From the IMG/VR virus record IMGVR_UViG_3300046779_001090, positions 1-35,159 of that record: a DNA stretch of 35,159 nt. One strand, written 5' to 3'. Of this stretch, positions 8,571 to 18,485 are shown piece after piece; positions within the stretch are counted from its first letter, which is position 1; each line of letters starts with the position of its first letter. Under the pieces are notes generated by a model, which was not told the DNA's origin, ran no database searches, and worked only from the letters and a program-made list of their open reading frames with translations. The DNA is from a virus. Lineage: Duplodnaviria; Caudoviricetes. The position numbers were made by a program, and so were the translations under genes.

Positions 8571-9749
8571 ATGGCAAAGATTAATGGCGTTGTTTCAGTT
8601 TGGTCTAATAGTCCAACTCAACCTACTGGTTATGGTCAGCAAGCGGCTTATCTGATTGACCGTCTAAAGCGTGACGGTGCTGATGTAGCAGCTATGTCAA
8701 ATTATGGTGTCGAGGGAAACATTGTCACCTATAAGTCGCCGTATGGTGAGATACCTCACTACCCTCGTGGTATGGATCCGTATTCTAACGATGTGGCTCC
8801 TATGCACCACGCTCATTGGAAGTCTAAGAATCCTGGTAAGAGCGATGTTTGGATTTCGTTGTATGACGTTTGGGTTTTGAACAATCCTGCGTTTGACAAG
8901 ATGAACATTGCTTCGTGGGTTCCGTTGGATCACGTGACTATGCCACCTAAAGTCAAGGCTTGGTTGGAGAAACCGAACGTGACTCCTATTGCTATGGCTC
9001 CTAATGGTGTACGTCAGATGGAGCAGAATGGCATTGCTTGTGAGTATGTGCCTCACGCTATTGATACAAAGATTTTTAGACCGACTGACAAGATTGACGG
9101 TCAGGATGCTCGTGAGTTTATGGGTATTACTGACGAGTTTGTTGTGGGTATGAACGCAGCTAACAAGGCTTCTGGTCTGATACACCGTAAGGCGTTTTCT
9201 GAGAACCTTATGGCTTTTAGTATTTTCCGTGAACGTCACCCTGACGCTGTGCTTTACATTCACACTGATCCACTTGGGTCGGCTGGTGGCTGGAACTTAA
9301 TCAAGATGTTGAAGGCTTTTGGTATTCCTAAGGAAGCCATTATGTTCCCGCCGTATGTTGACTACAAGTACGGGATGCCTCAGTCTGATTTGGCTGGGCT
9401 TTACTCGGCTATGGACGTGTTCTTGGCTCCGTCTTATGGTGAGGGCTTTGGTTTGGGCACGATTGAGGCTCAGGCGTGTGGTACTCGTGTTATTGGCTCT
9501 AACTGGGGTGCGACACCTGATCTTGTGGCCGAGGATTCTTGGCTTATTGATGGTCAGCCTATGTGGGATTCTGGGCAGGACGCTATCTGGCAGGTTCCAT
9601 TGATTCCATCTATTGTGGAGGCTTTAGAACAGGCTTATAAGGCTGATCGTGGTGCATCGCAGGTTGCTATTGATTTCGCTAAAGACTTCGATGTAGATAC
9701 CGTTTTTGACAAGCACTGGCTTCCTGTGTTGAAGAAGTTACTTAAGTGA
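8571..9749 (+). CDS. glycosyltransferase, GT-B fold (GT4-like)
   Basis: PTGYG near the N-terminus, VPHAIDT, DVFLAPSYGEGFGLGTIEAQACG (E-x7-E); own TATGCT -10 box and GAAAGGGAA RBS. Confidence 0.92.
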   Translation: MAKINGVVSVWSNSPTQPTGYGQQAAYLIDRLKRDGADVAAMSNYGVEGNIVTYKSPYGEIPHYPRGMDPYSNDVAPMHHAHWKSKNPGKSDVWISLYDVWVLNNPAFDKMNIASWVPLDHVTMPPKVKAWLEKPNVTPIAMAPNGVRQMEQNGIACEYVPHAIDTKIFRPTDKIDGQDAREFMGITDEFVVGMNAANKASGLIHRKAFSENLMAFSIFRERHPDAVLYIHTDPLGSAGGWNLIKMLKAFGIPKEAIMFPPYVDYKYGMPQSDLAGLYSAMDVFLAPSYGEGFGLGTIEAQACGTRVIGSNWGATPDLVAEDSWLIDGQPMWDSGQDAIWQVPLIPSIVEALEQAYKADRGASQVAIDFAKDFDVDTVFDKHWLPVLKKLLK

Positions 9750-10393
9750 TTCCGGTACTTGGCTTTGCAACTCTCAAGAGATTTGATCTTGCTGATCGCC
9801 TTCTTCGTTCCGTGGATTACCCTGTGGAACACCTCGTGGTGGTTGATAATTCGGGAACTCAGGAATGGAACCCTGTCAAACCTGCTTTGGTACGGAATTT
9901 ATGGGTTATCCGTGTGCCATTTGGCCTTGGTCTTGTTGGTGCATGGAACCTGATAGTAAAATCAACACCATACGCACCGTATTGGGTGCTTATAAACGAT
10001 GATGCTTGGTTCGCCCCAGGTTCATTGAAGAAAATTGAAGAAGGTGTAGATACTAATGCTCTCAACTTTGTGGACATTGTTCCGGCGTGGTCGTGTGTTG
10101 TATTCGGTGAGGGCATGGTTGAAAAAGTTGGTCTTTACGATGAGCGTTTCTACCCTCTTTATTTTGATGACAACGACTTGGAACGTAGAGTGGATTACGC
10201 CGAGGTTCCGAAGAATCACATCGCAGCTAAGGTCTTTCACGAGAACTCCTCAACGCTCAATAGTGGGTATCAGGTACAGAACCAGAGGTCTTTTGTGGCA
10301 AATCACACGCTTTATGAAATTAAGGCGAGAGAAGATGATTTCTCGCAAGGTGAGTGGAGTCTCAAAGTGCGGAGGGCGAACCGATGGGACTGA
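9746..10393 (+). CDS. glycosyltransferase, GT-A fold (GT2-like)
   Basis: VVVDNSG, WVLINDDAWF, GLYDERFYPLYFDDNDL motifs. Confidence 0.88.
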   Translation: MIPVLGFATLKRFDLADRLLRSVDYPVEHLVVVDNSGTQEWNPVKPALVRNLWVIRVPFGLGLVGAWNLIVKSTPYAPYWVLINDDAWFAPGSLKKIEEGVDTNALNFVDIVPAWSCVVFGEGMVEKVGLYDERFYPLYFDDNDLERRVDYAEVPKNHIAAKVFHENSSTLNSGYQVQNQRSFVANHTLYEIKAREDDFSQGEWSLKVRRANRWD

Positions 10394-10821
10394 GTGTTTA
10401 CACGGGCGGGACGTTCGATTTGTTCCATGCGGGACACGTGGAGTTCCTGAGGAGATGTGCAGAGCTTGGCTCTGTGACTGTTTCGCTAAATGAGGATGAG
10501 TTTATTGAAAAATACAAAGGTAAAAGACCTGTTATCTCTTATGCGGAGCGTGAGGCTGTCCTCTTGGGATGTCGTTGGGTTGATCGGGTTGTTCCTAACA
10601 TGGGTGGTGCTGATAGTCGGGTCGCTATCAGTTATTGTCGTCCTGATTTGATTGTTATTGGTTCTGATTGGGCTAGGCGTGATTATTATGCCCAGATGCA
10701 GTTTGATCAGGATTGGTTGGATGAGCGTGGGATTGGGCTTTGCTACATTCCTTACACTCAGGGCATCTCTAGTACGGCTATTAAAGAAAGACTACGTTTC
10801 AACGGTAGAATAGAGTCATAG
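10384..10821 (+). CDS. cytidylyltransferase-family nucleotidyltransferase (TagD/RfaE-like)
   Basis: YTGGTFDLFHAGH (HxGH), GSDW, YTQGISST; likely start ATG 10384. Confidence 0.9.
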   Translation: MGLSVYTGGTFDLFHAGHVEFLRRCAELGSVTVSLNEDEFIEKYKGKRPVISYAEREAVLLGCRWVDRVVPNMGGADSRVAISYCRPDLIVIGSDWARRDYYAQMQFDQDWLDERGIGLCYIPYTQGISSTAIKERLRFNGRIES

Positions 10822-10836
10822 ACTTAGGAGTTTCTT

Positions 10837-11436
10837 GTGGCAATTACCAACGGATACGCAACTCTAGCGGATGTTAAAAATTCGCTAAAAATTACAGACA
10901 ACATGGATGACTCTCTTTTGGAGATCGCTATCGAGTCTGCTTCTCGTCTAATTGACGGTTACACTGGGCGTTACTTTTATAACGGTGGCACTGCGACACG
11001 CAACTATGCGGCTACTGACTCTTGGATTACTTTCATTGATGACCTGCAGAGTTTGAGTGAATTGGCAACAACTAATGAGGTTGGCGACACTTACACTGTT
11101 TGGACTTCAAACGACTATCAACTAGAGCCTCTAAATGGCATCTCAAACGGCCTCACACAGCCCTACACGAGCATTAGAGCAGTTAAGCAGTACGTGTTCC
11201 CATTCTTGGGAGATAGAGCCTTGGTGAAGGTTACAGGCGTTTGGGGATGGGCTTCTGTGCCAACCGCTGTCAAGCAAGCAACTATTTTGCAAGCTGCACG
11301 TATTTTCAAGCGTAACGATTCACCTTTGGGCGTGGCTGGTTTTGGCGACATGGGTGTTGTTCGTGTTGGCTCACGTCTAGACCCTGATGTGCAGCACTTG
11401 GTAGACCCTTACCGTTCTATGCGAAACTTTGCATAA
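10837..11436 (+). CDS. head-tail adaptor (gp6/gp15-like)
   Basis: YATLADVK, IESASRLIDGYTGR, WGWASVPTAVKQA, LVDPYR; AGGAG RBS. Confidence 0.85.
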   Translation: MAITNGYATLADVKNSLKITDNMDDSLLEIAIESASRLIDGYTGRYFYNGGTATRNYAATDSWITFIDDLQSLSELATTNEVGDTYTVWTSNDYQLEPLNGISNGLTQPYTSIRAVKQYVFPFLGDRALVKVTGVWGWASVPTAVKQATILQAARIFKRNDSPLGVAGFGDMGVVRVGSRLDPDVQHLVDPYRSMRNFA

Positions 11437-11849
11437 TGGCAAGCATTACCGACATTCGACTTGGACTTGAGACCAACCTCAAGCGTATCCCTGGGCTTCG
11501 TACCGCATCGCAAGCACCAGATCTAGTAAACCCACCTATGGCTATCGTCCAACCAGACTCAACACCGGTCAAATTTGACGTAGCAATGAACCGTGGACTA
11601 GACGAATTTAGATTTATCATCACTGTTTTGGCTCACCGAGCAGACGAACGCAGTGCACAGAACAAGTTGGATACTTACTGTGCAGGATCGGGCGATTATT
11701 CGGTAAAACAGGCGGTAGAATATGATAGGACTCTTGGTGGCGTTGTCAACGATTGCCGAGTGACTGAGATTAGTTCGTATGGCTCAATCTCTGTAAATGA
11801 AATCCAATACACAGCGGCTGAATTTTTGGTCACTGTGTATGCAAGCTAG
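11436..11849 (+). CDS. tail terminator / tail completion protein
   Basis: 137 aa directly before the tail tube gene; DRTLGGVV motif. Confidence 0.65.
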   Translation: MASITDIRLGLETNLKRIPGLRTASQAPDLVNPPMAIVQPDSTPVKFDVAMNRGLDEFRFIITVLAHRADERSAQNKLDTYCAGSGDYSVKQAVEYDRTLGGVVNDCRVTEISSYGSISVNEIQYTAAEFLVTVYAS

Positions 11850-11858
11850 GAGAATAAA

Positions 11859-12272
11859 TTGGCTAAGTATGTAGTCACAGGAAACAAGGTCACCATCAAC
11901 GGTGTTGACCTATCATCTTCAGTTGCCCGTGCCGAAATCGCTATGAACGTTGCAGATGTTGACGTTACTGATTTTGGTTCACAGGGTTACACCGAACTAA
12001 TCGGTGGCCTAAAGTCAGGTACTGTATCTATTGACTTCCACCAGGATTACGCATCTGGTTCAGTCGAAGCAACAATCTTCCCACTATTGGGTTCTATCGC
12101 AACTGCTGTTATCATCGCTGGTAACGGTACTGCAGCTTCATCAGCGACACCTGCTTACACAGCGACTGTCCTTGTGAACAACTGGAACCCAGTATCTGGT
12201 GCAGTGGGCGACCTAAGCACCGTATCAGTGACCTGGCCTACCTCAGGCGTTGTCACAAAAGCAACCGCTTAA
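11859..12272 (+). CDS. major tail tube protein
   Basis: INGVDLS, DVTDFG, GGLKSG, VSVTWP; AGGAG RBS; upstream of the chaperone and tape measure genes. Confidence 0.85.
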   Translation: MAKYVVTGNKVTINGVDLSSSVARAEIAMNVADVDVTDFGSQGYTELIGGLKSGTVSIDFHQDYASGSVEATIFPLLGSIATAVIIAGNGTAASSATPAYTATVLVNNWNPVSGAVGDLSTVSVTWPTSGVVTKATA

Positions 12273-12285
12273 TTAAGGACATAAA

Positions 12286-12537
12286 TTGAAACTCAATCTA
12301 CGCATTGAATACGTATCAACAGGTGCTAAAGAAATCACTTGCTCTGCAAGCGACCTAGTAGCATTTGAAACCAAGTTCAACCTAAGCGTTACCAAACTGG
12401 GTGAAGAAACTAAGTTGACTCACCTTCTATACCTTGCATGGGCTTCAGAGAAGCGTACTAAAGCAACTGCTCTAGAGTTCGATGCTTGGGTAGATACAGT
12501 TGTAACTGTTGGATCGAGTGATCTCGACCCAAAATAG
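12286..12537 (+). CDS. tail assembly chaperone (gpG-like)
   Basis: Lies between the tail tube and tape measure genes; ends in slippery C-CCA-AAA-TAG. Confidence 0.85.
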   Translation: MKLNLRIEYVSTGAKEITCSASDLVAFETKFNLSVTKLGEETKLTHLLYLAWASEKRTKATALEFDAWVDTVVTVGSSDLDPK

Positions 12538-12683
12538 TTGGTCTAGGCGAGACTTCAGCACATTGGTTTATCGCTGGCCTAGCTTGCGAAACTGGCATTT
12601 CTCCGCGTGAGTTGATGCTGCTGGATGACCGTATGCTTTGGACTATGAACCGCTGGTTGATAGCGAAGGCTACTGCTCGTTAA
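12286..12683 (+). CDS. tail assembly chaperone frameshift product (gpGT-like, -1 shift at CCCAAAA 12528-12534)
   Basis: The -1 frame continues IVGLGETSAHWFIAGLACETGISPRELMLLDDRMLWTMNRWLIAKATAR to TAA 12681-12683. Confidence 0.85.
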
Positions 12684-12716
12684 CGAAGCCCCCTCGAAAG
12701 AGGGGGTTTTCGTTTT
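12683..12716 (+). terminator. intrinsic terminator
   Basis: ACGAAGCCCCCTC-GAAA-GAGGGGGTTTTCGT then TTT, immediately after the frameshift-product stop. Confidence 0.85.
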
Positions 12717-12752
12717 GCGGGTAGAATGGTTATTAGAGATTGGTAGGGATTC

Positions 12753-13370
12753 GTGGCACAAACTTTAAATGTCAAGACCGGTGATCGTATTGAGATACAG
12801 ATCACTGATTGGCGTTTTCTGGTACGTGAAACACGCAAAGTAGATCCTGCATTGGTTGAGAAGTTTAAGAAAAACGCTAAGCGTATTGGTCGTCCTGTTG
12901 AAAAAGCAGTTCAATCTGGCATCCCTAGCCGTGCCGTAATACGTGGTATGCAACCTAAGGTGATTCCTGGGCGTGTAACCTGGGGTGCTGTTCTTCCGGC
13001 TAAATCAACTGAGTTGAGGGTTGATACCCGTATGCGTAAACGAGGCAAGTCTATTGTTTCTATCTGGGTTAACTCTCCGGCTACAGCGATTGCTGACGTA
13101 GCCAACAAAAATGGTGACCGTAGTGGCAGACTCACTCGTGAATACGATTACAGTCGCTCTCCAACTGGTCGCCGTAGACACCGAATCAACGGACAGGGAA
13201 GCGGTATGGTGGTTGCCTTAAATAAGGCTACTGGTGTCAAGAAGCGTAGTCCTTCTCGTATGGTTTGGCCATCTGCTGAGAAGGCTTTACCTGCTGTAAA
13301 TGTGGAGATGGCTGCATTAATTAATCAAACTGCTGAAAGAATCAACGCAGAGATTAGAAGGAACGCCTAA
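12753..13370 (+). CDS. basic neck/tail-completion protein (HK97 gp10-like)
   Basis: Very basic 205 aa; N-terminal helix LVRETRKVDPALVEKF, C-terminal RMVWPSAEK; coupled to the tape measure gene. Confidence 0.5.
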   Translation: MAQTLNVKTGDRIEIQITDWRFLVRETRKVDPALVEKFKKNAKRIGRPVEKAVQSGIPSRAVIRGMQPKVIPGRVTWGAVLPAKSTELRVDTRMRKRGKSIVSIWVNSPATAIADVANKNGDRSGRLTREYDYSRSPTGRRRHRINGQGSGMVVALNKATGVKKRSPSRMVWPSAEKALPAVNVEMAALINQTAERINAEIRRNA

Positions 13371-16084
13371 TGGCTATTATTTTACCTATTCTGTCCACAT
13401 TTAATGCGGCAGGTATTAAAGCTGCTCAAGGGCAACTGGCTGGTTTGGGTGCTTCACTTAAGGGTCTAGTTGGCCCTGCGGCTGCTGCTACGTTAGGTGT
13501 CCAGGCACTCCAGGGTGCTGTTAGATTTGCTGGCGATGCTATTTCTGAGGCTCGTGACCTTGAGCGTAACATGGCAGCTTTGGGCACGGTTTTTGGCAAC
13601 ATTACGCCCCGAATGGCAGAGTTCTCTAAAAATGCTTACAACATGGGTCTTAGCCAAGTTGAGGCAGCTCGTACAAGCACATTCTTAGGCTCTGTTCTAA
13701 AACAGGCCGGTCTGCCTATGAATGAGGTTGCCGACAATACCGAGCGACTCACCATACTTGCTCAAGACTTGGCAACTACTTTTGGTTACGACACTTCCGA
13801 AGCATTGACCGCTATGACGGCTTTGTTCCGTGGTGAGTATGACCCGATTGAAAAGTTCGGTGTTGCTCTTAAGCAACAGGAAGTTAATGCCCTTGTTGCA
13901 GCTAAGGGTCTTGGTCACCTAACCGGTCAAGCCATGCTTAACGCTCAACAGCAAGTTCGTATGGAGCAGTTGTACCTACGTTCTGCTGATGCTGCTGGTG
14001 CTTTTGCTCGTCAGTCAGGTACGTTGTTTGTTGAGCAGAAGAAACTTACTGCTGTATTTAGCAATATGCAAGCAATGGTGGGTACTGAACTTACACCTGC
14101 TTTGACATCTTTGATGCAAACCTTGACACCTTTGGTTGAGGAAAATGGGCCAAAACTACAAGAGACCTTTAGGGGTATCGGTCAAGTTATTGATGCTCTA
14201 ACGCCTATTGTTTCGCCAATAATTGATTTCTTTGGTCTTTTGTTTGAAACATTTGGCAAATTAATGCAAGCACTTGACCCACTTACTAGGTTATTGGGTG
14301 CTGGATTTGCCGTCGCCCTTGAGTTGATTGTAGATCTCCTTACTCACATTCTTAACCCATTTAATGCTCTTTTTGATGCAATAAATAAAGTATTTGACGC
14401 TGGAAATAAAGATTTTGGCAATCTTGGTATCACGGAATGGCTAAGAACAGTTGTCAACCAAGGTGGGATTATTGCCAGCATCCTATCGCCTGTTGTCAAA
14501 ATTCTTGAACGTATTGGTGAGATTACTAAAGCCCAAGACATCAATAAAGGCACTAGGGGCGAAGCAGCTCGTTTTGCTGCTATGGCTAAGTTCTATGATG
14601 GCAAGGCGGCTTTTGAGAAAGCTGCTGCTGCTGGTGCAGTTGGTGACGGTAAAGCCGTTAAAAACGCAGTCGCTGAGTTTTATAAAAACCTTAAAGACGA
14701 GATGGAAAAACAATCTGCTCGTCTTAAGTTGGAAAAAATGGGTGCTTCTAAAGCGTTCATTGAGTCTGTTGTTGGTTCTGGCGAGGACTGGAAGAAAGTA
14801 TTTGCCAACATTACGGCTAGAGGAAAGGCTGGCGTAGCCCAGTTACAGCGAGAGTTCAACAAGACTTCTGCTGGTATCAAGGAAATCGCTGAGGCTAACG
14901 AAGCAGCCATTAAAGCATCTGAGGACGCTTACGATGAGGCTTTCAAGGCTTACGAGAAACTAAAAGAGGCTTACGATCAGCAAGTTCAGGCAATTAATGA
15001 ACTGAAGAAGTCTCTGAAGGATGCGGCTTCTAGCGTTTCACCTTTGGCTGTTGCTACTCGTGAAATTGGACAGTTTGAACAGGCTGTTATTGACTCGTTC
15101 AACAATGTTGTTGACGCTATCAATAAGGGTCTCGCCGATGGCACTCTGCTTAAGGATGCTGCTCAAAACCTAACTGATTACGCTCGTAAAGAGCAGGTTC
15201 TGATTCAGGACTTGATGCGTCAGCGTGACGAACTTGTCAACCGCCGTAGCCTGGCTAAAGCCCTTATGGATGATGTTAAGTCAACCATTATGGGCATGGG
15301 CAACATTACCGAGTTGTTGGCTAAGAACACAACTGATGTCACTCAGACCATTACCAAGATGGTTGGCAATGTTCAGGTTGCTACTTCTAAGGTCATTAAG
15401 GGTGCTAATGGTGGTGCAGCTGGTCTTGTAGCGTCATTTACTGAGACTCTGAATAAGACTAAGGAGTTTGCGAAGCAACTTAAGGATCTTCGTGCTCTTG
15501 GGTTGGATAAGAATCTTTACCAGCAGATTGTCACAGCCGGTGTTGATGCTGGTGGTGCTACTGCTAAGGCTATCCTTGAGGGCGGTACAGGCACTGTTAG
15601 CGAACTTAATGGGTTGTTTGCGGAACTTGACTCTGTTGGGGCTGACATTGCTGAGCAGTCTGGTCAGGTCATGTATGGGGCTGGTATTGATCTAGTTGAT
15701 GGTCTGATCAATGGCATGATCTCTAAAGAGAAGTCGCTTGTTGAGTATGCTCAGAAGTTGGCTGATACTTTTACTAATGCTTTTGCTGAGAAGATGAACT
15801 TGGCTTTGCCTATGCCTACTGCTCCTGTTGCTCCTACAACTGGTGCTGTGAACTTGACTGTTGGTGCTGCTCAGTTGGACACCTTTGCTTTGGCTAAGCA
15901 GTTGTCTGGTTCGGCGGCTAACTACTTTGGTTCTTCGGAATCTATCCGATTTGCTAACATTGCTCAGAAGCAAAATGCTCCTATTAACATTACTGTTAAT
16001 GCTGGTTTGGGTACGGACGGAAAGATTGTGGGTCAGACCATTCAGAGTTACATTAACCAATACAACAAGGCTAATACTTTCTAA
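13370..16084 (+). CDS. tape measure protein
   Basis: 904 aa, Ala/Gly-rich and helical; LFRGEYDPIEKFGV motif; amphipathic repeats; position. Confidence 0.93.
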   Translation: MAIILPILSTFNAAGIKAAQGQLAGLGASLKGLVGPAAAATLGVQALQGAVRFAGDAISEARDLERNMAALGTVFGNITPRMAEFSKNAYNMGLSQVEAARTSTFLGSVLKQAGLPMNEVADNTERLTILAQDLATTFGYDTSEALTAMTALFRGEYDPIEKFGVALKQQEVNALVAAKGLGHLTGQAMLNAQQQVRMEQLYLRSADAAGAFARQSGTLFVEQKKLTAVFSNMQAMVGTELTPALTSLMQTLTPLVEENGPKLQETFRGIGQVIDALTPIVSPIIDFFGLLFETFGKLMQALDPLTRLLGAGFAVALELIVDLLTHILNPFNALFDAINKVFDAGNKDFGNLGITEWLRTVVNQGGIIASILSPVVKILERIGEITKAQDINKGTRGEAARFAAMAKFYDGKAAFEKAAAAGAVGDGKAVKNAVAEFYKNLKDEMEKQSARLKLEKMGASKAFIESVVGSGEDWKKVFANITARGKAGVAQLQREFNKTSAGIKEIAEANEAAIKASEDAYDEAFKAYEKLKEAYDQQVQAINELKKSLKDAASSVSPLAVATREIGQFEQAVIDSFNNVVDAINKGLADGTLLKDAAQNLTDYARKEQVLIQDLMRQRDELVNRRSLAKALMDDVKSTIMGMGNITELLAKNTTDVTQTITKMVGNVQVATSKVIKGANGGAAGLVASFTETLNKTKEFAKQLKDLRALGLDKNLYQQIVTAGVDAGGATAKAILEGGTGTVSELNGLFAELDSVGADIAEQSGQVMYGAGIDLVDGLINGMISKEKSLVEYAQKLADTFTNAFAEKMNLALPMPTAPVAPTTGAVNLTVGAAQLDTFALAKQLSGSAANYFGSSESIRFANIAQKQNAPINITVNAGLGTDGKIVGQTIQSYINQYNKANTF

Positions 16085-17310
16085 TGCCTACACAAAAAGT
16101 TGAGATTGGTTTCGATTTAGCGGGTAATAACGGCCCGTTCTTTGTGCTGGACGATGCTGAGCGTGGCGTGTTGGATAACACTGCTTGGACTTTGGCTGGA
16201 ACGTTTTTCTATGACGTGACTCAGTATGTTAAGGACATTCAGATTACTCGTGGTAAGAACCGTGACATTGACTCGTATTCTTCTGGTGAGTCTGTTGTGA
16301 CGATGAACAACTACAACCGGTATTTTGACCCGACTTATCAGGATAGCCCGTTTTATGGGAACATTATTCCTCGCCGTGAAGTCCGTATTAGCAGTAATGG
16401 TATTCAGCAGTATTTTGGCACTATTGACGACTGGAACCTTCGTTATGCGGTGCAGGGCGATTCGACTGTTACTTTTGTGACTTCTGATGGTTTCTACCGC
16501 TTTAATAATCAGTCTTTGAACGCTGGTACTGCGACTGTGCAGACTTCTGGTGAGCGTATTTCGGCTATTTTGGATGATCCGAATGTGGCTTGGCCTTCTG
16601 CGTTCCGAAACATTGATACTGGCGTAGCAACACTTGGTGCAGATGTTATCGCTGAGGGTACGAATGTTTTGTCGTATTTGAAACTAGTTGAAAAGACTGA
16701 GTTTGGTGCGTTCTTTATCGCTAAGGACGGTAAAGCGACTTTTAAAGACCGTACCGTGGTTCAGCCGGTCACTGGACTTGTTGAGTTGACTGATGATGGC
16801 ACAGGTATCGGCTACAGCGACATCCATATCACTTACGGTTCTGAGCAACTTGCTAACGAGATTGTTGTCACTTCTGCAATCACGACAAGCACTGTAACAG
16901 CTATTGACCTAGCGTCTCAGGGTGTTTACGGTGTGCTAAACCTGACGCTTTCTGACCTACTAATGAACAGCGATGATCAGGTTGAGGAATTAGCGGTCTA
17001 TTTGGCTAACAAGTATTCTCAGCCTGAATACCGTTTTGACGCTGTTGAGATTATTCTGGACGACTTGTCACTAGAGGATCAGAACAAGGTGCTAAACCTT
17101 GAACTAAACGATGTTGTAAAGGTCAAGTTCACCCCTAACGGCATTGGCCCTGCTATTCAACAGTATGCGGAGATTATCAACATTAATCACCGTGCTGATT
17201 TACAAATACACCGTGTCACCCTTGGTTTGGCTCGTTTGGACTTCCTATACTTTATTTTGGATGACCCAACCTTTGGTAGACTAGATGCAGATAACACCCT
17301 TGGGTTTTAG
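16084..17310 (+). CDS. minor tail / baseplate hub protein
   Basis: Follows the tape measure gene; DVTQYVKDIQITRG, ERISAILD, FFIAKDGKATF hub-like motifs. Confidence 0.75.
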   Translation: MPTQKVEIGFDLAGNNGPFFVLDDAERGVLDNTAWTLAGTFFYDVTQYVKDIQITRGKNRDIDSYSSGESVVTMNNYNRYFDPTYQDSPFYGNIIPRREVRISSNGIQQYFGTIDDWNLRYAVQGDSTVTFVTSDGFYRFNNQSLNAGTATVQTSGERISAILDDPNVAWPSAFRNIDTGVATLGADVIAEGTNVLSYLKLVEKTEFGAFFIAKDGKATFKDRTVVQPVTGLVELTDDGTGIGYSDIHITYGSEQLANEIVVTSAITTSTVTAIDLASQGVYGVLNLTLSDLLMNSDDQVEELAVYLANKYSQPEYRFDAVEIILDDLSLEDQNKVLNLELNDVVKVKFTPNGIGPAIQQYAEIININHRADLQIHRVTLGLARLDFLYFILDDPTFGRLDADNTLGF

Positions 17311-17320
17311 GAGATAAATT

Positions 17321-17923
17321 ATGGCTGGTTTGGGTAAAAAGACCTGGAACGCTCTTGACGTTCTGACAGCTGCTGATGTTAACGGCTATTTGATGGAGCA
17401 GACCGTAATGAGGTTTGCTGGCACAGCAGCTCGTTCTTCTGCTCTTGGTACTAGTGTTGCTTCTGGTATGGTTTCATACCGCACCGATGGTACTGTTTGG
17501 GAAGGATATAACGGTACTTCTTGGGGGCCTCTTGTTGATACTTCGACTTTCTTAACTGCTTCTGGCACAGCAACTCTGACTAATAAGAGCATTGATTCAG
17601 GGCAGTTGACCACAACTGTAAATAACGTAACTGGTGCTTATACAGCCGTTGCAGCTGACCGAAACGAAACTATTGTGGCGAACAGCGGATCAGCGTTCAC
17701 TATTACTGTTCCTGACCTTTATAACATTGGTGACCGTCTAGACATTATCCGTGACGGTGCAGGTACTGTATCTATCGCAGCCGGTACTGGTATTACTACT
17801 TGGGCTGGTGCTGGTACTGCCGGTACAGCGGTGACATTCAAAATTGATCAACAATACAACGGTGCGACTATTCAGAAGGTTGCTGCTAACTCTTACCGTG
17901 TTATTGGAAAGATCACTGTCTAA
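17321..17923 (+). CDS. minor tail / fibre protein
   Basis: DVLTAADVNGYL N-terminal anchor, TATLTNKSI fibre motif; AGGAG RBS. Confidence 0.7.
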   Translation: MAGLGKKTWNALDVLTAADVNGYLMEQTVMRFAGTAARSSALGTSVASGMVSYRTDGTVWEGYNGTSWGPLVDTSTFLTASGTATLTNKSIDSGQLTTTVNNVTGAYTAVAADRNETIVANSGSAFTITVPDLYNIGDRLDIIRDGAGTVSIAAGTGITTWAGAGTAGTAVTFKIDQQYNGATIQKVAANSYRVIGKITV

Positions 17924-18483
17924 TGCCAATTCCGTTGGGGATTTTTGCTACCGCTGGTGCTAGTAGTGCACCATCAGGGCCAGCGTTTGAATTAATTAGC
18001 ACGACAGTTTTAGGTTCACCAGCGTCAAGTATTACTTTAAGCTCGATACCTTCTACATATAAACATTTACAAATTCGTGGACTTTTTCACGCTGAAACTT
18101 CAAATACTATAACTGGTTTAAATTTTAGATTTAATGGCTCATCATCTGTAGAATACAACGCACATTACTTACGAGGAAATGGCAGCAGTGTTTATTCAGA
18201 GCAAAATGGTGCTGATGTTCAAATACCTATTCAACTTAATACGCCAGGATACAATAATCCTTCTACATTTAGTGCTTTGCTAACCGATATTCTCGACTAC
18301 ACTTCAACTTCAAAGAACAAGACCGTTCGCTCACTAGGTGGAACTGCTATTGAAAATCAAGTTATTTTAGGCTCAGGTCTATGGATAAATACTTCGGTTA
18401 TTAGCTCAATCACATTCTTTTTAAATTCTGGAATCCAGTTGTCAAGTGGCACACGTGTCTCACTTTATGGAATTAAGGGGTAA
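17923..18483 (+). CDS. tail-tip / receptor-binding protein, paralog 1
   Basis: LISTTVL..SITLSSIPSTYKHL..RFNG..GNGSS..SLYGIKG pattern shared with the next two genes. Confidence 0.6.
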   Translation: MPIPLGIFATAGASSAPSGPAFELISTTVLGSPASSITLSSIPSTYKHLQIRGLFHAETSNTITGLNFRFNGSSSVEYNAHYLRGNGSSVYSEQNGADVQIPIQLNTPGYNNPSTFSALLTDILDYTSTSKNKTVRSLGGTAIENQVILGSGLWINTSVISSITFFLNSGIQLSSGTRVSLYGIKG

Positions 18484-18485
18484 TT

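Noticed and set aside
8697-9263. 188 aa antisense ORF and the other minus-strand ORFs in the track
   Set aside because: They shadow well-supported + strand genes and show no RBS or recognisable motifs; whiB is the only supported minus-strand gene.
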